A DNA stretch of 64,000 nt, from NCBI GenBank assembly GCA_043228905.1, contig JBHGNT010000007.1:22382001-22446000 (forward strand), read 5' to 3'. Source of the stretch: Azolla caroliniana. Taxonomy: Eukaryota; Plantae; Polypodiophyta. Of this stretch, positions 37,501 through 50,019 are shown in pieces. The translations under genes and the position numbers were made by a program. Positions within the stretch are counted from its first letter, which is position 1; every line of letters starts with the position of its first letter. The notes below the pieces were generated by a model. The model saw only the letters and a list, made by a program, of their open reading frames with translations. It had not been told where the DNA came from and did not search any database.

Positions 37501-37859
37501 GTCAACCACGGAAGCGGAGTACATGGCGGTTGTGGAAGCCGGCAAGGAAATACCATGGATGAAGGACTTCATCGGAGAGCTCGGTATCCGGCAAGATGAA
37601 TACCGGCTCTATTGCGACAGTCAAAGTGCCATCCACCTTGCTAAGAACGCAGTGTACCACCCCAGGACAAAGCACATCCAGCATAGGTATCACGGGATCC
37701 GGGAGCGAGTAGAAGATCGAGAGTTCGCGCTGATGAAGATCCACACGGCCGAGAACGGGTCAAATATGCTGACCAAAGTACTGATACCTGACAAGCTGGA
37801 TGCATGTCGGAAGCGGATCGGACTAGTAAGACATCCCATGGCGGAGTGAAGGGAGAGTT

Positions 37860-38340
37860 TGTTAGGAAACAGGTCCCTCCAAATGAGAAGTGAAAAGAAC
37901 AGTGATGATATCGGCCTCGGCCAAAACCGGATGTGGAGTACCCGGCTACGGAAGACCCGGTGAGAACCGGATGACGAGTACCCGGCAAGAGCCGGATGGT
38001 GAAGACCCGGTGAGAACCGGATGTGGAGTACCCGGCAACGGAAGACCTGGTGAGAACCGGATGACGAGTACCCAGCAATAGCCGGATGGTGAAGACCCGG
38101 TGAGAACCGGATGTGGAGTACCCGGCAACGGAAGAACCGGTGAGAACCGGATGACGAGTGCCCGGCAAGCGCCGGATGATGCAGGCCCGGTGAGGAGTAT
38201 TCGTAAATATGTTTCTGAGAGTCCATCGGGGCTATATTTGTAAATAGCCTAAAAGTCATATTAGTATAAATATGACTTAGGGCAAACTTAGTATTGAAGT
38301 TGTCATTCTTGTTGGTGCAAGATTAGAGCGCGTAACTGTG

Positions 38341-38432
<92 letters not shown>

Positions 38433-38701
38433 GAGGTTGTTGCCTCTGTTGTAATAGCCGCCTGTGGCGAAGATAGCAAGCTCGAGGTCATTGCCTCGGT
38501 GCTTTACTATTGTACATTCTGATATAGTGATAGTTTGCAGTCTGTGGGTTGCCGTGGTTTTTCCCTAGTTTGGGTTTTCCACATTAACATCCTGTGTACT
38601 CTTCTCTTCACTGTGTCGTGCGTTCATTACCCGTTTACTGTGTTTGATTCTAGGCTCGGTTGTGGCCGAGCGTTGTTCATCGGGAGCGTGTATTCCTGTC
38701 A
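37860..38701 (+). repeat. Copia-F 3' LTR (842 bp)
   Basis: Array order A-B-A-B-A-B' (37926-38195), a longer (GA)n run, an about 20-bp deletion and an about 16-bp insertion relative to the 5' LTR. Confidence 0.96.
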
Positions 38702-39094
38702 GGTCTCACATGTATTAAGGGCATGTTGCTACTCAACACTTTGCATGCTTACATACAATTATTACATTAACAACATTTTATTTCATTATTAGTGGAGCTT
38801 GTATTTTGTGTTTATTCCTTTTCTTTGGAGGTCGTTTCATATCATGTTCCCCCAAACTTGCACATCCTCTTGTATGCACCCAAAACAAGGTGCTTCTTCT
38901 AATTAACCAAAACAAACTTCAAATTTTGAGGTGAAAATTGTCTCAACACATCCTCTTCTACACAATTGAACGTCCCACTATCTTGATGCCTCTTTTCCTT
39001 CCTTCACATGGGTAGTTCCCATCATCACTTCTTTCCTTTCTTCTTTATCACCATAATTAGTAACAAACACCCCTTTAACCACATCTTCGTCTTC

Positions 39095-39607
39095 TTTGGC
39101 AATCGAGAACGATTTGGTTCAGGTTGGGTCGCTTCAAGAGTGTCAAACTCAAACCGTTAAAAACTGAACCGTTTGAAAATTTTGAAACTTAAACCAAACC
39201 ACCAAACCGTTTAAACTGAACAATTACAAAACTTTCAAGCTCAAACCAAATGGTTTTAGCGACATTCGAACCATTAAAACCACGTTTTCACAGTTCGGTT
39301 TTGGTTTTCAAGTTAGGTCAAATTGTCATATTTTAATTTTAAAATTTTAAAATTTTTCAATATTTCAAAATTTAAAGATTTTTCTTAAGATATCGAAACT
39401 AGGCTTAAAATATTCAATCTTAAACCATCAAACCATTTGGACCGTTTACATCGTGGTTTCAAACCATTTAAATGAAAATTGTTAAAGCAATAAAGGCTCG
39501 AGCCAAAACCAAACCGTTTAAAAAAACCTAAACATGAACCAAACCAAATCAAAATGTTTAAACACTTAAGCCGTTAACCCACATTTTCGTGGTTCGGGAT
39601 GCCAATT
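39095..39607. mobile_element. Degenerate MITE with AAACC(G) subterminal motifs
   Basis: Imperfect inverted ends TTGGCAATCGAGAAC...GTTCGGGATGCCAA. Dense AAACCG/AAACCA/GGTTT motifs around an AT-rich core. No clear TSD. Confidence 0.55.
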
Positions 39608-39609
39608 GC

Positions 39610-40430
39610 TAATCTTCTTCAACATCAACATCAACCTTAGTCATATCATCCACATACATACCCACCATATCATCAAAGTCATCCATAGATTCCCAAATCA
39701 TTCATTAACAACACCTTTAATCATAGATTATGAACCCCTACATCACCATCATTTTTTATCACATGATTATTTTACACATATACATGAGCATCATCATATT
39801 TAACATCAACTCTAATCTCATCATTCATGCAGACACCCACAACATCAACAATTTCATCCACGTCTGCATTATACACATTCCAAATAACTTTAACATCTTC
39901 TAGATCATCATCGCTTATACTTAAGTGATCATTATAGACACCCACATCATCATCACCATATTCTTTCATATCATCATTATCAACATATTTTTTTACAATG
40001 TCCTCATCATCACAAACCCATATTCTATATTCATCATGCAAGCCTGCATGATTAACACCTTTTGACTTACCCAAACCCTTGTTTTCATCACCACAAAACT
40101 TATCATCACAACCTAAAACACACACTTTCCTATCATCATCCTCTCAAAACTCGTCATCATCATTAACTTTACCATAGCCAAATATGTGATCAATACACAA
40201 CCATTTTATATCATCACGGTGCTCAACTTATCACAGTTACACTCACCCTCACCTTCATCATTACGGTCACCATCATCACAATCACAATTGTTATACAATC
40301 CCTCACCACAGTCAAAACCTAAACTCCAACTACCTTTATTATCATCACAATTACATGTGGAATCTTGATCCTTTTCTAATGTCCTCTCTTATTCATGACT
40401 CTCTTTCGATCTTTTATCGTTTTCCTCATC
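39610..40430 (-). pseudogene. Decayed Asp-rich low-complexity ORF, probably retroelement-internal
   Basis: TCA/ACA-biased + strand encodes D/V/C-rich repeats on - (ORF 39772-40125, CDDEDIVKKYVDNDD). Interrupted by the MITE and a solo LTR. Confidence 0.4.
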
Positions 40431-40436
40431 ATCACA

Positions 40437-40940
40437 TGTGTTACGTGCATAACCATAACTGATCATGAGGTAGGTTTTCCGTAGTATTTCCTAATCTTGA
40501 TGAGTACGTACGAGTTAATTATGAAAGGAATGAGGGTATGAATAGTAACCTTCAATTTTATGGTGTGGGATAACTATTGTGTTATAATCACTTGACCACT
40601 TCAAATAAAGCAGTCAAGTGTGAACACACTGGGGGCCTAGGGTTTTTGCCTATATAAGAAAGCTAGCTACCTTCTTTTCAAGGGAAGCTCGACTTATGTT
40701 GAGACTATGGCAGTGTGGCTATGACTCTTGTTAGCTAAGCACATGCTATTCTCATAGGACCCAAGGTACAACTCGTATCAACCCTCGATGGTATGGGACA
40801 TTGAGGAGGTTTGAGTCCCCCTCATATCGTTTCTAGGGGGTGGTTCGGTGGGTTTGGCACCCCTCTTTCCTTTATTTGGTCTATAAATCCTTATGTGTGC
40901 TTAATTAATTAGTTAGACTCTAACAATGGGGCTCATCACA
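40437..40940 (+). mobile_element. Probable solo LTR (504 bp)
   Basis: TGTG...CACA ends; flanks TCACA / ACACA (4 of 5 match); internal CCTATATAAG. The flanking TCATCA-rich composition resumes on both sides. Confidence 0.55.
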
Positions 40941-41511
40941 ACACAACCATGACGACCTTGAACCCTTCGTCATCATTGTTGCTCTAAGTCAAACACCTTC
41001 AACGTCCATCATTTGTGATATTCAATCCATCACCCCACATTTTTCATGCCAGGTTCACCAAATTACATTGCACATGTGCATAAAAGCGTTGAGACTTTAT
41101 CCATAGGTAGTAATTGAGGAGCTAAAAGATGGTTATCATTATGTCACGAAGTGCATATTGCACATGTGTAGACAAGCATTGGGTTTCTGTCCAAGATCAC
41201 CAAATTATGCAATGAAGTGCACATTGCACATGCATAGACAAGCACTAGGATTCTATCTGCATGTGGTGATTGAGGTGCATTGGACCCAAGTTAGGTTTTG
41301 GCCTCAAAAACTTCCAGACAGATTACATAGGCTCCAACAATAGACCACAACATATGATTGAACAAAATATTATATTCTATATTTAATAAAGTATTCACTC
41401 TTAATCTTTATATTGGATTAGATTAATGTAAATATGATACACCTTACGACACATGCTCAAATGAAAAAAATGTGATTTTATTTATTTAAATATTAATTTA
41501 CACCTTGGACA

Positions 41512-41690
41512 TCTACCCTCCTTTCAAGAACTCGTGAGCCACATTGCTCTTGTATTCTCCCCCACGCATAAGATACTTGATTCTTTTCCCCTCCCCACAT
41601 ATAAGATGAGATACCCTTTATATAAGGTCTCAAATGCATTAAGGGTTAAGCACACATTGCCACTCAACATCCATGATTTAACTTACATAG
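41512..41690 (-). repeat. Diverged homolog of the sequence that copia-F interrupted (23085-23194 joined to 38707 onward)
   Basis: CTACCCTC...GCCACATTGCTCTT...CCCACATATAAGATGAGAT...TTTATATAAGGTCTCA.ATG.ATTAAGGG is continuous here and has a single GGTCT. Confidence 0.85.
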
Positions 41691-42689
41691 AATAATTACA
41701 TTCATGTTGTTTAAAATTAACAATAGGAAACGGAGAAATTACTCACCGTAGAGGTGTTTTTACATTGTATGTCATTGACATCACAACAACATCGTTTGAG
41801 CAAGAAGAATGTCAAGCTTTCACGAGGTTATGGTTTCACCACAAACACACTAACACAACCACTAAAGGTTACAGTTTCGTTGCAAATACAAGTCCAACAT
41901 AACCACTAGAGATGGAAATGCGCTCTAATTAACAAGGTCCACGCCCCAAACCCAGGATTGTTTGATTCCAACACAAAGGCATACAAAACATTATTAAGTT
42001 GAATAGGTTAATCCAACACAAGAAAGATAATAGGCAAGAAGGCGGTTATATATCCTACAATTACATTTAGTTTGGATTCTAGGTGGGTTGGAGATATCAA
42101 GGGTCACATATACCTTGTTTATCCTATGTCAAAGATGTTAATCTCTTCTACCCTAATCACAAATTCCATTAGAAAATCCTAGTAGATGATGATGATGACA
42201 ATTATGAAGATCAAGAAAATCTCCAAAAATAACAGAACCCTCAAAATTTATAGTGGCTTAGAAGTTTGTACTTTTGACAACTTAGTCTTTGATATATGTA
42301 TTTTATCACGTATGGCACATAATTCGATGTATTTGGTAATGTTTTACTTCATGGCTACCCAAAAAGTGATTTTGGCATTTTCAATTCAAGGAGTTCAATG
42401 TCTTTTGGTATCCTTACCAAAAGTTTGCTTCTTACTTGGGTTTTCTTCTTTAGAACCACCTCAACATGTGTGTGTAAGGATGTAGTATTGTCTACCCTTT
42501 TGTTACCAAGACGAGCAAGACAAGTGTGTATTGCCGTCAAATATTAACCCATAAACTAACTACTAAAATAAAGTCCAAATGCAGTCTACAATTTAAACAA
42601 ATACATAAAACAACCATTTTTACATCAACCACAAAGGGACTTTACCATGTTTCCATGCCGATGCATGCTTCAATCCATATGATTTTCTT

Positions 42690-43130
42690 AACAAACCCAT
42701 AGAGAGGTCAACTCTTTTCCTCAAATATCTAGATGAATCTCTTATAATAACCTATATACTCCATTTAGATTGAAGTTGTTTCTCAATAGTGGGATGGGAC
42801 ATTTCAAGGACTAGCTTGACCTTTGCTTCATTAGTTGAGTTAACATCTTTAGATACTACATGTTGACATTGTGTTGCACCCAAAAGTGCCATTTAAGGGT
42901 TTTGAATGGGAACATGTACTCTCTGCATTCTCTCAAATATGGTGCAAAGTAGATCCATGTGCTCCTCCCATGACGAATTACAACTAAGATCATCAATGTA
43001 GAACTCTACTCCATTCTAGCATTTGGAGACAAAGATATGGTTGAGACCTCATTGGTAAATTCTTAAGATATTGGTTGCACAAAAGGCCTTTTCTTATAAG
43101 AAAATGCATCAAACTTTGTAGTAAATGTAG
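42690..43130 (-). pseudogene. Ancient gypsy reverse-transcriptase remnant
   Basis: Minus-strand VEFYIDD (YIDD at 42989-43000), SWEEHMDLL, HVVSKD...EAKVK and GYYKRFI, with stops. Confidence 0.7.
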
Positions 43131-43439
43131 CATTATATTAGTTGTAACTTGAACAACAATGTATTTTAGTTATGCAACTACAATTGAAAGACAATATTAT
43201 TGTAAGGCATAGAGTAAAGTGCAGGGGATACCAATCCAAGCATTCCTTTGTGCTAAATAAGGTAATGGCCAAGCATTTCCAACAATACTAGCAAGAACAT
43301 GTGAACAATAATGAGAAGGACCAAGTCTAGGGTCTACCTTCAAACACAGAGAATTTGTGAGGACCAACTATGCTCTCATTTTGATGTCCTTGCCCTACAC
43401 ATTTTTGTAGTGAGAAATTGACAACAACCAAATGAAATT

Positions 43440-44142
43440 TGGTAGGCACAATCATGAGGATTGAGATAATGATTTTTCAAGAAAGGAAAGTATGAGAACA
43501 ATCAAGGAGCATTTAAAATTTATTCTCATTCAAAAACATATCATTGAAGAGTTGGCCTCATGACGACAACGATTAAACCGCAAGTAATTGGTACCAGCTC
43601 AAAGAAATTCCTTCGAACTTCGGGGATACATTGACTTATAGACAAATTTATCTTTTGAGCTTTGATGACTTTCTGAGACATGGGAAATAGGGCCTCGTGA
43701 ACTTTGCCGTGATGTGGAGGCATGAGAAAGTATTGTATTCATAGGAAGAATTTCTCCAAAATATATGAGGTGTGTTGAGAAGCAAGCTCAACAAAGGTAT
43801 GTGATGCTTATTGAGAAATAAGCTACTAGTGGACATAAAGGTGAAATAGCTATTTAGCAATGCACGGCTATTTAGCTATTGACAGCTAATTAGTTGCATA
43901 TATAAGTCACTTATAACTTAGTTAAAAAGTAAGTAGAAAAGTGAGTAAGAGTGAGAGTAGAGAAGAAAAGAAAAACTGACGAGAGCGAGTTGAGCTCTAT
44001 CTGTAATGAAATAGAAGAAGTTTTTTGGTTTGCTACACGGAGGTAAGTCTCCTTCCCCTTCCTTTCTGTCTTGAGCACACTAAACGATCTAGCACAACAC
44101 GATCCGATGTACACAAAGAAGAGCCGGAGCGCCTTCGTAACA
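43440..44142 (+). mobile_element. Possible chromovirus 3' end (decayed chromodomain plus LTR)
   Basis: EIMIFQERK/RTIKEHL-like fragment, then a TATATAAG- and GA-rich segment ending CGTAACA. Heavily decayed. Confidence 0.35.
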
Positions 44143-44629
44143 AGATGACACTAAGTAAAAACCATCCAATGAAGTGTTATGTACCTGCATTATACTTCAC
44201 GCCTCACACTCAACAACTTTAGCACCAAGGTTGCAAATTTGTGTGATAGAAAAAGAAAACAAGATAGGAAAATCTAAAAGGTCAACCCTTGTGGCCACCC
44301 TCGTGTGAAAATGCCCATGACAATGTAAAAGACTATAAAGGTCATCTTTGTGTCGTTTTAGTTCTTCCTCATTCTTAATTCTAATGCTTTTGCATTCCTG
44401 ATTAATGGAGAGCCAAAAAACCCCACGACCTCTCTAATATATTTAAGAATATGAACCTTCCTCCTAAAACAATTACATCAAAGAAGTTTAATATGCAATT
44501 ATACAATATTATTTCACTTTTACGATTGATGTTTTATGATGGAGTTTGAAGTTTCAATCATGTCAAAAATCTTCCTCCTATTTGAGTCAATCTGAAATCA
44601 ATTAATTAACATTATTACATAGATGAATT

Positions 44630-45480
44630 CAACCCCCAAACGAGGTGTTGAACCTTGTTTAAATTATGAATAAAGGCTACAAATTTTGGGGTTAGTGGAA
44701 TAAACGTCATGTCATTCTCTTCGCAAATAAGTAGATAATTTGGTATAATTGCATATGCAATTAGAAGTTTGATGAAGAAGAAGGATGAGGTATGAATGCA
44801 TGCTCAACAAAAACATCAAAACACAAGAAAAATAACTATTAAAGTATCGAAAGGAAAATACTTTGAATTAGAGGAATGTTTGTATGCTTGGATTGATGCA
44901 TCTCTCGATTGTCAATTGCATTGCCTTCATCTTTTATTATGGAGAAGACTCAACAATTGGCGGCACAAATGAATATTTCTTATGATGATTTGAAGGTGGC
45001 TTGGTTTATTGAATTTCATTATTACCAATGTTTGAATATTGTGAGTTTGCATTGCCTTCATCTGTTATTATTGAGAAGACTCGACAATTGGCAGCACAAA
45101 TGAATATTTCTTATGATGATTTGAAGGTGGTTTGGTTTATTGAATTTCGTCATTACCAATGTTTGAATATTGTGAGTTTGAATGGTGAAGGAGGGGCAAT
45201 TGATCAAAATGACCTTGAATTGTTGGCTTCTTTGGAAATGCTCTATGTTACAGTACATGAGTATGTTCTTGGTTGTGTTTACAATATGGATGAAACAAGT
45301 TTGTTTTTTTTATTAATTCCAAGATACACAATGCTTTTGCCTAATGAAACTCCTGCAACAATTTGAGGTAAGAAAAAATTGCTACATAGAGTTACCTAAG
45401 TTGTTTGGTGTAATACGACTAGAACTAAAATATTCCCCATTACAATGACGATGAAGGCTAAGTGGAAGTTGGAAGTGCCA
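44630..45480 (+). pseudogene. Decayed pogo/Tigger-like transposase (CENP-B HTH plus start of the DDE_1 domain) with an internal 131-bp duplication
   Basis: ELEECLYAWID, IMEKTQQLAAQMNI, LNGEGGAID and VYNMDETSLFF. Duplicated copies at 44919-45049 and 45050-45180. Confidence 0.8.
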
Positions 45481-45739
45481 AACATAATTGCATTACTTAT
45501 GAAAATGTTGACTACCATCATTTACACATTGAAGAGGTAACATAAGTTTATGTATTTTCTACTTTGAAATACTTTTTGGCGAGAAGAATATGAAATGGTT
45601 CAATATGAAAAGTATGAGGATTTTAATGGACAAAAGCTTTGTATGAATTGAGATATTGGAAGAGCATGATTGTAAGTAACAATATTATATGAATTTATAT
45701 AGCATTGCAGATGATGCTCTAAATCACATGTCAAAAATC

Positions 45740-46560
45740 AACTCTATCTTTGCAAGACAATTGAGAGCATGATCCATCATGCATAATTACATGGAAACCG
45801 GTGATGAAACAGGGCACAAACATTTGAAAGGAGATATGATAATGTTTCTTTTGTACAAGAAGAGATATTTCTAAAAATATTTCTCAAATTCTAATGATGG
45901 AAGTATTTTACCATCTAATATTGTATTTCAACTACATAAGATATAGTGTACATTTTGACAAACTCACCCTAGGTGTTGAATCCTTTACAATTGTCATGAA
46001 ACTCCACCTACATGCCATTGTCAAGAATCAAGATATTCAAGAGAATTGTGGCATCCTATGTCCATCGGATATTCCCATGTGCAAGAGGGAGAGTATTTTC
46101 ATGCATTTATGGTTGGTTTACCAAATGCTCATGAGCAAATGATGTCATTTTGGGTACCATGACGAGATTTATGCCTATCATCAAAGTCCCAAGTCCCAAG
46201 TCACCACAATTGTGCTTCGAAAATATTTACCTCTTGCATGTTTGTCTATTCAACTTAGTAAGTGATCACAATCCAAAGTTTAATGACCATCCTTATCGTC
46301 ATTATTTAAACAGGTGGACTTTGATTGCTCACTCTTAGTACATTTGAATTCTAATTATCTTACATCAAATGGCCAAACATAAACAACAATAAGGTACTCA
46401 ATGCTTCAAGCACCATTTGCAAGGATATTTTCCCATCTTAGAGTTTGTCTATGATAACATGAAATGCCATGTTTAGCCAATCTAGGCTCTACATTATTTT
46501 ATTCAAGACGATTTTTCTTGGCTCCAAGATTCATGTTTGAGCTTCAAATGGCTGAATTAA
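45740..46560 (+). pseudogene. Ancient gypsy integrase remnant
   Basis: GILCPSDIPMCKRESIFM, LVSDHNPKF, SNGQT and LEFVYDN fragments in the expected order. Confidence 0.6.
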
Positions 46561-47563
46561 CACTTATACGCTGCCACTCATAATAATAAACACCATGGGA
46601 AGTCTTATGGGCAAAATGAGTATGATATGATCATGATCAAACTTGTAAGTTGTCACAAAAAAGGATTATCATTTTTCACCAAATGAGAACTCATCATAGT
46701 GTGTGTGGATAAAGAATTTAGGAAATAATGAGATTTATGTGATGGAAACTCCAAGTTGGAGAACATAAGTGAGATAGAATTTTGTTTCTTGCCAAAACCA
46801 CTTCCACATTAGGACAAGAACATAAAGAAAATGGTAATTATCTATGTCATTGGTCCTACTTTGCTATGTATGTATGTATGTTTATATTGTGGTTGCTTAT
46901 GCATTTATGTGTTTAGTTTGCAAGTAGGTGAACTTGACTAGTGGACACATGGGCTAGTAATAAGGAATTTAGCTAGTACTAAGCAAGTTCACAACATATA
47001 TAATCTCATGGTTCACTTTTCACATCGTATCAACCCTCACTCTCCTTTGTTTTAGAGTTATTACAAGCACTAACATAATGCGTTTTGTTTGTGGTCAATT
47101 GTTCCAATCTTTGCTAGATAGATTGCATTACACATAATTAGTTGGTTTGTTGAGATTCTAAGGTTCAAATATATGGACAATTTTTGGTAAAGTTGTGCTT
47201 TGCAACATTCAAGTTCTTGGTTGAAGTCTTGACTAATGTGTATGATGGTGTGTTGTTTAAAAAAATGTGCTTGTATTTTGGTTTGAATTCATATATACTA
47301 GGAATTTGCTTTGGAAAAATGGTTTTACAGCATTGATATACTCATTTTCCTCATAATACAAAGAGTCCAAATGATGGCTTTGTCGTCACATGTATGTTCC
47401 ATATGGTTGTACAGTGAAATGGACCTTATACTAACCTCGAGGTTTATCAAGTGCGCCATCAAATATTTACTTATAGAAGTGATAATGCTTATTACAAGAG
47501 ACGGAGAGAAGAAAATAATAATAATTGAACTTGAGATGACGAAAAATATAAAATCATGATATA

Positions 47564-47565
<2 letters not shown>

Positions 47566-47651
<86 letters not shown>
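47566..47651. repeat. Compound (GT)n(GA)n microsatellite
   Basis: Directly visible. Confidence 0.97.
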
Positions 47652-47655
<4 letters not shown>

Positions 47656-49986
47656 TTCATCCCAAAGCAAATCTCATTATGACACACTTTTCTAGCAACA
47701 ACAAAGCGTTTCATGGTGTAAGACATGTATACATCAATTTTAGGTGCTCCATACACATTTGAGGGTCCCTTTATTACTAGCATGCATCTTCACTTCATAT
47801 CGGCACCTCGTTAGTACCAAGGTTGAATGCAAGAGGAACATGTTACTTGTTAGATATGTGAAGTTTTGTAGGAGATAATACATCAATTACACATTTATAG
47901 GAGACCATGTACAATCTATATGATGAGGATTGAATTTGGGTTATCTCAATTTTATGACTTTAGGCGTAGAGATGATGATGATGATGATATATTAACATCC
48001 TCAAGGGGCCCAACTTGACTTCTACCCATTCTTTGCATTCTTGAAAAGGCATACATAATGGCAATGAATGTCTCTTTTGTTAAGAATAAATTGTGGTAAA
48101 AACATAGGGATCTATGACAAAATATATATTTGATGCTTCCGAAAATATGCATAAGCAAATGACGGTTTATCATACTCGTGCTCACCAAAAAATCTCTCAG
48201 AATGTCGGAAAGAAGCCAATCACGGTAGCATTGGGGACACATTATCATCAAGCACCATTTTTCATAAGCTCCCACCATATATTCTCGTGGATGTATTAAC
48301 AATTGTGTCTTTTTCGAACTTTATCAAAAGTCCTACCTTCGACACTTTAATAAAATCAAGCAACAGCTTAAAAAGGATGCACTCATGGCATGTATGTGTG
48401 TGTTTATAATTGACCCATGTACCAAATGCGTGAAGGTGTGTAAGTTGCATGTAAAAGAGGAGTGAGAGAGGAAGATTTCATAGAGCCAAACATACGTGGA
48501 ACACGTTCCAGCGTTGCACTAAATGAAACTTTACTATTATCCTCCTATGCACATACACACATACATATATGCATGTATTTACATTGTTTGTATGCATGTG
48601 TGTGTTCAACATACAAACATGCACACACATGTGTTTTTAATAATCCAATCCTTTATTTATGGAAACACGAATGAGGTAAAAACCCGCAAAGAATATTTGC
48701 AAAAATGTCAAATTAGAATATTTAAGGCATAAACTTGGCCACCAAAGTCATGAGAAATATAACAAACATAAAATGACCATGAAGGATTACATAAATAGTC
48801 AACATTGATAAGACGTTCATTGTGCAAAGTTTGGTTTATTATGACCAGGCCAAAATGTTTATAGAACCAATGCAAAACTTTCCACCCCAATTTCCTTCGT
48901 CATGTCCACAAAATGATGATTATTATAAAATGTACATAACTATGGCTAGAGTCATGATCCCGTACACACCTTTTGGTTTATAAGAGTATGTAGAGGCTAA
49001 ATACTAAGACTTGTGTTTCATCCAACAATGGAGGCATGAGGGAGGCTATAGTCTAAAATAAGTTGCCACCTCATGTCATATTTCATACCAAGTTTATGTT
49101 TTCATTTAACACTTGAGAAATATAGCATATATTTTGGCTCTTTGTGGTTAATCCATCATAGTCTTTATGCAATTATAAGACAAAGTTAGGACATCAATTT
49201 GGCTAAGAAGTCATAGAATTACCTTGAGTAGAAACACCATAGTTCCATCTAATGTGGAGGCCCATTGACTCAAGAAAGGGAGAGGATGACCATTGTCGGA
49301 TGAAAGCTAATCATTGTCTTACGGCTCCATCCGTTCGCTCATGAGGAATGGCTTCCATATATTGCATTTGTGCACGACATACAAGCTTCAATAAGGGAAG
49401 GTCTTCTTTATCGTGTTTAGTGTTCCACAATTTTTCTAGGAAGATATCCAAAAGACTTTTGGGACAAGCAATAGTAAGAGTGATTAGATCCAAGTATAAG
49501 TGGTACAAGCAATGGTAAGACTTTTGGGACAAGCAATGGTAAGTGTGCAGGCATGCATGCATAGACGCTAATTTCTAATATTGCACCCAAACTAAACTTT
49601 TAGCAAAAACACTTCTCGATCAAAGATTTCCATGATTAAACATTACGTTTTCAAACACGTGCTTCTTCATAACAATTTGGTGTATTTTGTGATTGGCATG
49701 GCCACTCTGATTAAGAATGGGCCAATGGTTTGGTTAGCCAATGCTAGGAAGCTAAGAAGGTTTGAATCCACACACTTCCACACATTCAATTTATGATCAA
49801 ACTTTAATATCATTTGTTGTTCCTCTTCCTCACATATTCTTGATATTTGTGACACTTTCTTGGTCGCCAATGAAGCAAATGGGAACTACCAACATTTATG
49901 GATTTGCAACTTGGATAAAAATAAAAGTTCGGTTTGGGGGTAGTCCATGCACTTATTGGTCTCAATACTAACTCTCTCGCCTTTTC

Positions 49987-50019
<33 letters not shown>

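Larger units (their letters stand above)
23958..37849 (+). pseudogene. Copia-F gag-pol, split by the gypsy insertion (25143-34992) and by stops and frameshifts
   Basis: CFYCGKSGHFQKNC; T*VVDSGASFH (TAG where W is expected, 24903-24905); RLDDEG|YTGSIRNG rejoins across the insertion; LWHKRLCH, NGLAERMN, QLDVKTAFLH, YVDDMLI, RTKHI. Confidence 0.95.
23195..38701 (+). mobile_element. Full-length Ty1/copia element (copia-F, Tnt1/Tto1-like) containing a nested gypsy element
   Basis: LTRs 23195-23939 and 37860-38701 (TGTTAGG...CCTGTCA). TSD GGTCT (23190-23194 / 38702-38706). PBS TGGTATCAGAGC 23943-23954. PPT GAAGGGAGAG before 37860. Confidence 0.97.
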
